The notes beneath the pieces were generated by a model that had not been told where the DNA came from, did not search any database, and saw only the letters and a program-made list of their open reading frames with translations. Source: a virus (Duplodnaviria > Caudoviricetes). From it: a stretch of DNA of 56,030 nucleotides. Made by a program: the position numbers and the translations under genes. The stretch spans positions 1-56,030 of the IMG/VR virus record IMGVR_UViG_3300035703_000118. One strand, 5' to 3'. The first letter of the stretch is position 1, and each line of letters opens with the position of its first letter. Positions 18,824-26,648 of the stretch are shown piece by piece.

Positions 18824-19401
18824 GCGAGTTTGAGTACATTGAGTGCCCTGAAGGTCAAGAGCAAGGCCCAGCGATTGAGGGCACAGCGCCCTACTGTGTG
18901 CCCGCCGACGAGGCAAATCCCAGTGCGCCCGTACTGGAAGTGGGCTTGTTGATCTACAAGAAGCTCGACGCCACACTCCCCGCAGCGTGGCCCAATTCGG
19001 GAGAGCAGACGTTTATTGCTGCGCAACCGGGCACGAACTGGTTTACGGTTTTCCCCGGCGAGTTGCCCGCGCATGTGTGCGGTGACGGCTGGGCGGTGCA
19101 GCAGGACGCCATTGAGCATGACGGCAGTTTCGTGTGGCCGCTGACGATTACCTACCCGGACAACGTGTTGTCGAAGGCTGGCGTGTTGAATGCCGCCATT
19201 CACCAGGAGTTGTCGGAGTTGGTTGACGTGCCTGAGTGCGTTACGGTCACGCCCGAGCCGACGCCGCCGCCTACGGCCCCGCGCGAACTTGCGGAAACTG
19301 GCTTTGACCCCTTGACCGGAATGCTTTTTGCCGGTAGTGTTTTCCTTATCGGGGTTGCTGTTCTGGTGGCCCGTTCTCTGCGCAAGGGGGCCAAAGCATG
19401 A
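18820..19401 (+). CDS. Membrane protein with C-terminal LAxTG sortase-like signal
   Basis: PEPTPPPTAP spacer, LAETG, ~20-aa hydrophobic segment, RSLRKGAK basic tail. Confidence 0.7.
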   Translation: MSEFEYIECPEGQEQGPAIEGTAPYCVPADEANPSAPVLEVGLLIYKKLDATLPAAWPNSGEQTFIAAQPGTNWFTVFPGELPAHVCGDGWAVQQDAIEHDGSFVWPLTITYPDNVLSKAGVLNAAIHQELSELVDVPECVTVTPEPTPPPTAPRELAETGFDPLTGMLFAGSVFLIGVAVLVARSLRKGAKA

Positions 19402-19661
19402 CCTACTACAAGTGCGACGACTGCGGTGAAACTTTTGACCGCACCGAAATGGTGTTTGACGAGTCGGGCGAAATCCAAATGTGCCAGACCGATTGGGCTG
19501 ATTTCATGGGCGCACTGGCGTCCGAGGCTTACGCTGACCGTTACCACGACCCGCGCCCCGCTGTCGGTGGCTACGACCCGCACGACCCGAAGCGCCCCGA
19601 CTATGTTGAGCGGCTGCTTGACGCGGCTGACGATTTGCGTAGTGAGCGGGCTTTCGCATGA
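19398..19661 (+). CDS. Zinc-ribbon-like protein
   Basis: CDDC...CQTD; ATGA overlap. Confidence 0.65.
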   Translation: MTYYKCDDCGETFDRTEMVFDESGEIQMCQTDWADFMGALASEAYADRYHDPRPAVGGYDPHDPKRPDYVERLLDAADDLRSERAFA

Positions 19662-19918
19662 CGCGCGGGGGCAACGGCTTGCAATATAGGCTCAACATTG
19701 ATCTGGGTAATTTGCGTGATGCGCTTATCACCTACCTGGAAGATGTTGACGGCGGCTGGTACGACATGCTGAGCAAGGAAGATTTTGTGCAGCGGGTGCG
19801 TATTGCCCTCGATGATCTTGACGAGTCGGAGCTGGGCGCAATGCATGACCAGTACATTCGGGACGACGAAGGCCCGAAACCACACGATTCCAGCACCACG
19901 ACGACAGGGGAGCAGTGA
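19658..19918 (+). CDS. Hypothetical acidic protein
   Basis: 86 aa, coupled. Confidence 0.65.
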   Translation: MTRGGNGLQYRLNIDLGNLRDALITYLEDVDGGWYDMLSKEDFVQRVRIALDDLDESELGAMHDQYIRDDEGPKPHDSSTTTTGEQ

Positions 19919-20172
19919 TGACACGACAGTTTGCCGTCGTATTCAACCCGGACGGCACGCACGTTGTGGAGGCGGTCGGCCCCTTTCGCTCGCCAGAGCG
20001 TGCGCAAGAGGTCATGGAGCGCCTTGAGCGGGCCATCGACTCACACGCGCCAGACGAGTTCCAGGACTTTGCTTGGCGCATCCCGCGAGTGGTGACCTTC
20101 ATCACCGAGCAGGAGGCAATCGACGAGTACGGAGTTGTTCCGCATTCGCCCGATTCCGAGAGCGACCAGTGA
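19915..20172 (+). CDS. Hypothetical protein
   Basis: 85 aa, coupled. Confidence 0.65.
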   Translation: MMTRQFAVVFNPDGTHVVEAVGPFRSPERAQEVMERLERAIDSHAPDEFQDFAWRIPRVVTFITEQEAIDEYGVVPHSPDSESDQ

Positions 20173-20278
20173 GCGCGTGCGGAGTGAAGCATCTGGAGGT
20201 CGGTTACGGCCATTGCCCGAAGTGCTGCGCGATCTGCCGTGAAGAGTTCGCTGCCCCTGTTTCCGGGGAGGGTGACCG

Positions 20279-20464
20279 ATGAGCGGGTTCAGACTCGAAA
20301 CTGCCCACCGGCACCCTGACCCCGACGACCGCGAATCGCGAGACCTGCCGTGGGATCAACACATCTGTGTCGATCACCGGCCACATTCAGGTAAGGCCCG
20401 CGACTGCATGGTGACGTACCCAGTGCCGACTTCTCCTGATTCCCGCACGGAGGGGGAGTCGTGA
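20279..20464 (+). CDS. Small hypothetical protein
   Basis: 61 aa; shares CCTGATTCCCGCACG near its 3' end with the next gene. Confidence 0.6.
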   Translation: MSGFRLETAHRHPDPDDRESRDLPWDQHICVDHRPHSGKARDCMVTYPVPTSPDSRTEGES

Positions 20465-20640
20465 GCGCGCAAACGTGTGCAGTCTGCGGGCAGGGCGGCT
20501 ACTGGGTGGGGTATGACGAACTTGCTCGCGAAGATCGGTGTCTCAACCACGTTGAGATGATGAGGACAAGCCATCTTGACCGCGCGCCCATCATTCCTGA
20601 TTCCCGCACGATCGACCTTGAGGGGGTTTCTGGTGAGTAA
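20461..20640 (+). CDS. Small CxxC...CxxH protein (59 aa)
   Basis: MSAQTCAVCG...RCLNH...EGVSGE; GTGA overlap; below the ORF-track cutoff. Confidence 0.6.
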   Translation: MSAQTCAVCGQGGYWVGYDELAREDRCLNHVEMMRTSHLDRAPIIPDSRTIDLEGVSGE

Positions 20641-21088
20641 CGAAGAACTGATTGCACGGCTGAAGAACCTGTCATTCCACACGTCAAGCCGGGAACTCAG
20701 CGAGATGGTCAGACTTGCTACTGTCGCTCTCGAAGCGCAGTCTGCCCCGCATTGCTCCAACTGTGACTACATGGAGGGCATTGAGGAGGGCATGAAGATG
20801 CGCCCTGCCCCGTTGGTGGCCGACTCGCGGGAGGCGCTGGCGAACGCGCTGGGCGTGGCGCTGGCGAACGCTTACGACGACGATTCCGTTGTGACGGTTG
20901 AGGAGTGTGTGGCCGATACTCTGCTTGCCTCGGGTGTTGTGTCTCTCGCGGCTGACCGTGACCGGGCCGAAGACCCCTACTGTCGCGCCGAGGATTGTCA
21001 GTATCTGAACTGGACTAGCGGCTCCATTCCGACTCACAAGCGCGGCTCGACGTGCCCCAACCCCTACCGTGAGAGCGAGGGCAAGTGA
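20633..21088 (+). CDS. Array gene A1 (SNEELIAR family)
   Basis: Paralog of 24166..24582. Confidence 0.75.
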   Translation: MSNEELIARLKNLSFHTSSRELSEMVRLATVALEAQSAPHCSNCDYMEGIEEGMKMRPAPLVADSREALANALGVALANAYDDDSVVTVEECVADTLLASGVVSLAADRDRAEDPYCRAEDCQYLNWTSGSIPTHKRGSTCPNPYRESEGK

Positions 21089-21175
21089 CCGAGGAAGAAG
21101 CGGCAATGATGCGTCTGCGGATCACGGCGCGCTGGATCGCACAAAATCAACCTGAACCTGAGAGCAAGGCCCGCA

Positions 21176-21616
21176 ATGACTGACTACACGCCAACCGTGG
21201 AAGAGGTGCGCGAGTTCTACAGCGACAAGTGGGATTCCTACTTTGACGAGGCGAACACGCGCGATTACATCGAAGGGCGCATCGCTGACTTCGACCGCAT
21301 GATTGCCGCTGTGGAGCGTGCTGCGGCTGTGAAAGCGTTACGGGACTTTGGCGCAGACCTGCTAGAGCGCGTTAAGCCGGTCGTGATGCACGAGGGTTCC
21401 GGTGCAGTGTTCTCTAATAGCCCGAAGGGTGACTCGACGGAGTTCTGGTCGTACTCGAACGCGAGCGCGTACACGATGGCTGTGCTCGAAGTGTTGCGGC
21501 TTCTCAGTGTCGAGCCGGAGCAGATGCAAGCGACCACCTATCACGGCGGGCGCAGTGAGCGTCGGGACTTCCAGACAGCACTGGCCGACCGTATCGAGAG
21601 TGGGGAGCAAGCGTGA
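21176..21616 (+). CDS. Array gene B1 (YTPTxEEVR family)
   Basis: Paralog of 24579..24950 and 9285..9527. Confidence 0.75.
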   Translation: MTDYTPTVEEVREFYSDKWDSYFDEANTRDYIEGRIADFDRMIAAVERAAAVKALRDFGADLLERVKPVVMHEGSGAVFSNSPKGDSTEFWSYSNASAYTMAVLEVLRLLSVEPEQMQATTYHGGRSERRDFQTALADRIESGEQA

Positions 21617-21846
21617 GTCGAGAGATTCCGGTGCGGTTCCCGCCACCGCTAGCGCAGACAAAGCGCAACGCCGAAGGGCTGCGCGTGCCCGTCATGCAAG
21701 AGCCTGTTATGGAGTGCGGGCAGACGGTTCGACTTGGCGGCAAGTTGGTGCAATGCATACGACAGGCAGGGCATCCGGTTTATGTGGCTTGGGGCCACAC
21801 GAACGGTTACGACGAGTGGTGTTTTGACGAGGAGGAGCAAGCATGA
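21613..21846 (+). CDS. Cassette gene present only in array 1
   Basis: 77 aa, flanked by direct GGAGCAAGC(G/A)TGAG repeats. Confidence 0.7.
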   Translation: MSREIPVRFPPPLAQTKRNAEGLRVPVMQEPVMECGQTVRLGGKLVQCIRQAGHPVYVAWGHTNGYDEWCFDEEEQA

Positions 21847-22133
21847 GCACTGTGGATGAGTGGGCCAAGCGAGAAGCGGAGCGCGAGTACCCGGATGCGG
21901 TTGATGGCTCGACGACATTTCGGCTGGATACAGAGCGTCAGGTTTACATGGAGGGGCTTTTGGCCGTGGCCGCTCTGTTGTTGAGCGACGAAGCCGTAGA
22001 AGCGGCGGCGCTGTCCGGGTGGCACCCCGTGGTGTGGTCCGATGTCAGCGAAGTGGTGAGAGAGTCCGAGAGAACACGAGCGCGCGCCGCTCTCACTGCC
22101 GCTTTGACCAAGATCACGGAGGACAAGGAATGA
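21843..22133 (+). CDS. Array gene C1 (STVDEWAKREAE family)
   Basis: Paralog of 24947..25276. Confidence 0.75.
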   Translation: MSTVDEWAKREAEREYPDAVDGSTTFRLDTERQVYMEGLLAVAALLLSDEAVEAAALSGWHPVVWSDVSEVVRESERTRARAALTAALTKITEDKE

Positions 22134-22399
22134 CCGCACGGGATGAACTGACGCAAGCACTAGGTGTTGCTCTCGCCAATGCTTATGACGATGATTCGGC
22201 GGTGAGCATTGAGGAGCCGGTTGCTGATGCCCTGCTCGCGGCCAATTACAGGAAAGTACCCGACAGAACGGCCCTGCGGCGAGCGATATGGGAAAGGTTT
22301 GCAGTTAGGTTCGGAGAACCTTTCAGCCCGGTTGTGCTTGAAATGACTGACGATGCAACTGACGCAATTTTGGCTTTGATGGATGGGGACAACGAATGA
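22130..22399 (+). CDS. Array gene D1 (TARDEL...DAILALMDGDNE family)
   Basis: Paralog of 25273..25629. Confidence 0.75.
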   Translation: MTARDELTQALGVALANAYDDDSAVSIEEPVADALLAANYRKVPDRTALRRAIWERFAVRFGEPFSPVVLEMTDDATDAILALMDGDNE

Positions 22400-22408
22400 G
22401 TCTGCTGG

Positions 22409-23860
22409 ATGCTTGACGCCCTCACGCCGCACGAATGGCAAAATCGCGACATCGAAAACCTGCTGTTCTGGGACTGCACAGGCCTGGTTGCGGTGCAAAC
22501 CGGTGGCGGTAAGTCGCTGGTCGCGGTGGAAACCGCGCTGCGTTCAGGGCACCACACTCGCGGGGCAGTGCTGGTGATCGCGCCGAAAAGTACGTTCAAG
22601 AAAACATGGGTTCAGACCTTTGAGCGGCAAGGTGGCATTACGCCCAGGAAGATCAACTCGACCAAAGACGGCAAGCAAGCCGAAATGGATTTGCGGTTCA
22701 ACGAGCCGGGTGTGTACCTCATCAACCACGAGTTGTTTACGCGCCGCGACTGGGCGGGCGTTGAGGTTGAGTTGTGCATCACGGATGAAGCTCACAAGAT
22801 GTCCAACTACCAGATGTTGACGAAAAAGAAGGTCAACTCTGGCGCGTGGAAGTTGACGCATTTTGCAGCGAAGCGCCGCATTGCAATGAGTGCTACACCG
22901 TACCGCAACAACTTCTCGAACATTTGGACTTTGCTGCGTTGGCTTTATCCCGACCAGAATGGCCGAGGTCAGATTGCTGATCGCTCATTCTGGCGGTGGG
23001 TCGAAGAATGGTGCGTGGTCGAAAACGATTACTTCGCGGGCAAAGTGGTGCGCGGCGAACTGGTGCCGGGAAAACTGGTCAGCCAGATTCCGTGCTACAT
23101 CTACCACGCGAAACGCCAGCCGTGTTGCGATTTCCACCCGGAAGGCTTTTTGGCAACCGACGAGCCGGAGCGCATTGTACGCACTGTCGAATTGTCGCCC
23201 GCAATGAAAAAAGCCTACAAGCAACTGGAAGAAGACTATGTTGCGTTCTTGGGCGATAACCCCCTGGTGGTGGAACTGCCCATTGTGATGCGTGCGCGGC
23301 TACGTCAAATGTCGCTGGGCATGATCCAGGTGGACGAGAATGACAACGTGACTTACGCGGTTGACTGCGAAAGCCCGAAGTATGACGATTTGAAAGATGT
23401 ACTAGAGCAGGAAATCCCTGGTGAGCCTGTTTTGGTGGTGACCCACTCGAAGCAGTTTGCGATTGTGCTGGCCGAAAAGTTGCGGCGCGACGGATACACG
23501 GTTGCCGAGTGGCATGGCGACCTGAAGCAGTCCGAGCGGGATGCTGAGGGTGAGCGGTTTGAGGCTGGCGAGGCGCAGATCATGGTTGGCACGATTCAGG
23601 CAATGGGGACTGGCACCGACTTTTTGCAGCGAGTTACCCAGACGATGGTGTGGATGTCACGAACTGACGACAGCACGGACAATGAGCAAGGACTTGGCCG
23701 TCTTGACCGCATGGGAGGTTTGGGGCGCGTTGTGAGCATCGAGATTCAGGCGGAGGGGACTTATGACGCTGGCGTTATGGGCAAGGATTTGCAACACGCT
23801 TTGGAAATGAATCGCACACTTGCCGGTGCATCAAATGTCGGCCAGGCTGACAATGAATGA
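22409..23860 (+). CDS. SF2 (SNF2-like) DNA helicase
   Basis: TGGGKS, DEAH, SATP, GTGTD and QGLGRLDRMG motifs. Confidence 0.92.
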   Translation: MLDALTPHEWQNRDIENLLFWDCTGLVAVQTGGGKSLVAVETALRSGHHTRGAVLVIAPKSTFKKTWVQTFERQGGITPRKINSTKDGKQAEMDLRFNEPGVYLINHELFTRRDWAGVEVELCITDEAHKMSNYQMLTKKKVNSGAWKLTHFAAKRRIAMSATPYRNNFSNIWTLLRWLYPDQNGRGQIADRSFWRWVEEWCVVENDYFAGKVVRGELVPGKLVSQIPCYIYHAKRQPCCDFHPEGFLATDEPERIVRTVELSPAMKKAYKQLEEDYVAFLGDNPLVVELPIVMRARLRQMSLGMIQVDENDNVTYAVDCESPKYDDLKDVLEQEIPGEPVLVVTHSKQFAIVLAEKLRRDGYTVAEWHGDLKQSERDAEGERFEAGEAQIMVGTIQAMGTGTDFLQRVTQTMVWMSRTDDSTDNEQGLGRLDRMGGLGRVVSIEIQAEGTYDAGVMGKDLQHALEMNRTLAGASNVGQADNE

Positions 23861-23873
23861 AGGGGAGGTAACT

Positions 23874-24173
23874 ATGACCATGAACGCAAATAGCTCGCTC
23901 AGCACTTACGGCCAATTGCCGGAATCTTTGGCGTGCGCAGAGCAGGTGGATGGCCTGTACCGCGAAGTGAACATTGCGGCGAACCGCTGGTGGGATGCGT
24001 CCGGTGGCGTCGTCGGCGACATCACTGTTGAGCCGTTCAACACCGATGGCTCGTACCGCATCTGTGTTGTGTATTGGGGTTTCAAGACTTACTTCCCCGA
24101 CCTTGCTGCCGCCGATGGTTGGGTTGAGCGCATGGAGGCGGCTCGCAACCCGAAGGGGGTTCCTGGTGAGTAA
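23874..24173 (+). CDS. Hypothetical protein
   Basis: GGAGG RBS before MTMNA; ends GVPGE at the array-2 junction. Confidence 0.65.
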   Translation: MTMNANSSLSTYGQLPESLACAEQVDGLYREVNIAANRWWDASGGVVGDITVEPFNTDGSYRICVVYWGFKTYFPDLAAADGWVERMEAARNPKGVPGE

Positions 24174-24582
24174 CGAAGAACTGATTGCACGCATTGATGC
24201 CTACTTTGATGGAGGTACACCGATTGACGCGGCAGAGAGTTTGCTGATGCGTGCTCGGGCGGCTCTCGAAGCGCAGTCTGCCCCGTTGGTGGCCGACTCG
24301 CGTGAGGCGCTGGCGCGATGGTTCGCTGAGCGGCGCGGGCATATTGTTCCGAGGTCTGGCGATGTGTTGAACGCTGATGCTCTTCTCACTTCGGGTGTTG
24401 TGTCTCTCGCGGCTGACCGTGACCGGGCGGTCGAAGATGGTTTTGAGTACCGCCGTGTTGCCCCCGGAGGGCGGGTCTGGTTTCCCACGTTTGACGAGCC
24501 GCCGTTGTTGGATGAGGGCTTCACGATGCAACGTCGCGCCGTTGGTGAGTGGCACCCCTACCGTGAGAGCGAGGGCAAGTGA
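24166..24582 (+). CDS. Array gene A2
   Basis: SNEELIAR...ALEAQSAPLVADSREALA...SGVVSLAADRDRA...PYRESEGK shared with A1. Confidence 0.75.
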   Translation: MSNEELIARIDAYFDGGTPIDAAESLLMRARAALEAQSAPLVADSREALARWFAERRGHIVPRSGDVLNADALLTSGVVSLAADRDRAVEDGFEYRRVAPGGRVWFPTFDEPPLLDEGFTMQRRAVGEWHPYRESEGK

Positions 24583-24950
24583 TGGCTGCTCGAAATTGCA
24601 TCTGCGACGGCGGCTCGTTCGATATTCGCAGTCGGCCTTTCATCGTCAACGTGCAGTGTGTTGTTCACGGCGCGTTGGGTGGGCACGCTGTGGCGGCTGA
24701 CGAGTACACGCCGACCGTGGATGAAGTGCGGCGGGATTATGCGGCTGGTCGTGACCGTATGGGCTTGGTGATTGACCTCGACACGCACGCCGACTTTGCC
24801 CGGTTCCTTGCCGCTGTGGAGCGTGCTGCGGCTGTGAAAGCGTTACGGGAAGCGGCAGTGATGTTGGAGAACCGACGGGGTAACCTCGCGTACTCATGGG
24901 AGATGGTTCGCGCCGAGGCAGACCTTATCGAGAGTGGGGAGCAAGCATGA
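24579..24950 (+). CDS. Array gene B2
   Basis: YTPTVDEVR...AAVERAAAVKALR...IESGEQA. Confidence 0.75.
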   Translation: MMAARNCICDGGSFDIRSRPFIVNVQCVVHGALGGHAVAADEYTPTVDEVRRDYAAGRDRMGLVIDLDTHADFARFLAAVERAAAVKALREAAVMLENRRGNLAYSWEMVRAEADLIESGEQA

Positions 24951-25276
24951 GCACTGTGGACGAGTGGGCCAAGCGAGAGGCGGAGGAGCGTTACCCGCCT
25001 GAGCACTATTACGGCAATTTGGATGAGTGTGATGCGGCGCAGGAAGCGGGGTCATGGGGCATCAACCGTTTGGCCGCTCTGTTATTGAGCGACGAGGCCG
25101 TGGAAGCGGGGGAGGCCGAGCAGATGAACCACGCACGCAACATCGTCTTTGATGGCGGCTGTGCCTGCGGTGAGCCGTTTCCGCTGACGCTGGCGGGCAT
25201 CCGGGCGCACGATGTTCATGTGATGCGCGCCGCTCTCACTGCCGCTTTGACCAAGATCACGGAGGACAAGGAATGA
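24947..25276 (+). CDS. Array gene C2
   Basis: STVDEWAKREAE...AALLLSDEAVEA...RAALTAALTKITEDKE. Confidence 0.75.
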   Translation: MSTVDEWAKREAEERYPPEHYYGNLDECDAAQEAGSWGINRLAALLLSDEAVEAGEAEQMNHARNIVFDGGCACGEPFPLTLAGIRAHDVHVMRAALTAALTKITEDKE

Positions 25277-25629
25277 CTGATGAGTGGACGCAGGAGCAGC
25301 TGCAGTCTCATGCTTTTGAGAAGGGGCTTGTCGTGACCGCACGGGATGAACTGGTGCAGTGGTTTGCTGACCGTAGGGTTGGCGGTGTCGCTTTGGTTGC
25401 GAGTCCTGAGGACTACGAAACGGCAGAGGCCTTGCACGCGGCGGGTTGGCGGAAGATGCCAAGCCGGGAGAACGTGATTGATCGTTTGCGCGCCGCAGAG
25501 CACGCGCCGATGTACGACCACGACGAACGCGACGGCTCATGCCGCTCGTGCCCGTGGCCGCTTCACATGCTGGCCCCGGAAGACATCGCTGACGCAATTC
25601 TGGCTTTGATGGATGGGGACAACGAATGA
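25273..25629 (+). CDS. Array gene D2
   Basis: TARDEL...RKxP.R...DAILALMDGDNE. Confidence 0.75.
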   Translation: MTDEWTQEQLQSHAFEKGLVVTARDELVQWFADRRVGGVALVASPEDYETAEALHAAGWRKMPSRENVIDRLRAAEHAPMYDHDERDGSCRSCPWPLHMLAPEDIADAILALMDGDNE

Positions 25630-25814
25630 ACCTAGAAGCACGCGCCCTAGCACTCCTTGAAGATGGCGCATCGTACACCGAAACTGCCCGCACAATCGGC
25701 AAATGTCGTAACTGGGTTGCAAGCCGCTTTCCCGGTAGGGGCTGGACAAAGCAGGAGGGCGGCGCGTATGGTTACATGATGCGTAAAGCCAACGAGAGAA
25801 TGGAGTTGAAGTGA
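25626..25814 (+). CDS. Small HTH protein
   Basis: LLEDGASYTETARTIG...WV..RFPGRGW. Confidence 0.7.
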   Translation: MNLEARALALLEDGASYTETARTIGKCRNWVASRFPGRGWTKQEGGAYGYMMRKANERMELK

Positions 25815-25899
25815 GCGAAGATTCAGGATATGCCTTTCTTGCTGGGCTAATTGCTGGTGCTGTGCTTGTGCTTATTGCGATTTTGATTGGAGGGTTGGG

Positions 25900-26118
25900 A
25901 TGACCACCGCAGAAATCAACGCATACTTGGTTTGGCGTGCGCAGCGTGAAGGCCGACAGGTTGATGTGTCGCCGGAGGCCTACGAGGCACATTTGCTCAT
26001 TGAACGAATCATGGAAATCTGCGTTTCCCTCCATGAAGGGGAGGACGAGATGACTTCCGCACTTTTGGAACTTTACGAACTGACCCAGGAATATCACCGA
26101 CTCGAAAAGGAGAACTAA
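25900..26118 (+). CDS. Hypothetical protein
   Basis: 72 aa, GGAGG RBS. Confidence 0.65.
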   Translation: MTTAEINAYLVWRAQREGRQVDVSPEAYEAHLLIERIMEICVSLHEGEDEMTSALLELYELTQEYHRLEKEN

Positions 26119-26648
26119 TGCCCCGACCAACGAAAGCCCAACAGATTGCCCGCGAGCAGGATGCCGCAAAGTTGGCCCGCTACCAGGAGCAGGAGGCTAA
26201 GCGCGCCACACGCATAATGGCCGACACGCCTCCGGTGCTCTGGGCGCTTCTGGTGTTGTCAGCGATTGCGTTGCTCACCTCGTTTGTATTTTCCTACTTC
26301 GCCCTCGTGGAAGTTGCAGTGTGGATGCGACCGCCGCAGGAATGGTTGACGCTGCTCGTCCCCGGCTTCATTGAGCTTGTTATCGTGCTCTCTGCCCTTG
26401 ACTACGTTGTGGCGCGAAGCCGTGGTGAGTCGGGGCGCACGCCGTTTTGGATGATGATTGCTATGAGTGCCGTCGCCGTCATTGGTAACGCCGCCCACAC
26501 GTTCTACGAATGGCTTGCCGAGTTTGATGCGGTGCCGTGGGAAGGCTGGCTGGGCGTTGCGCTGTCGGCCATTGTGCCGCTGATTGTCGTGTACATCTCA
26601 AAGCGCATCACGTCCACCGTCTTCAGCGAGCCTATTGTGCTGGACTAA
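26118..26648 (+). CDS. Four-TM membrane protein (DUF2637-like)
   Basis: SF..SY.AL..VA, P..IE, GNAAH and SA..P motifs with four hydrophobic segments. Confidence 0.65.
   Translation: MPRPTKAQQIAREQDAAKLARYQEQEAKRATRIMADTPPVLWALLVLSAIALLTSFVFSYFALVEVAVWMRPPQEWLTLLVPGFIELVIVLSALDYVVARSRGESGRTPFWMMIAMSAVAVIGNAAHTFYEWLAEFDAVPWEGWLGVALSAIVPLIVVYISKRITSTVFSEPIVLD

Larger units (their letters stand above)
20630..22399 (+). repeat. Mosaic paralog array 1
   Basis: About ten 20-53 bp blocks identical or nearly identical to blocks in 24163-25629, in the same order. Confidence 0.92.
24163..25629 (+). repeat. Mosaic paralog array 2
   Basis: Counterpart of 20630-22399. Confidence 0.92.

Noticed and set aside
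20630-25629. Diversity-generating retroelement or CRISPR-like array
   Set aside because: No reverse transcriptase, no adenine-specific TR/VR mismatches and no regularly spaced identical repeats; the blocks differ from one another and are coding.
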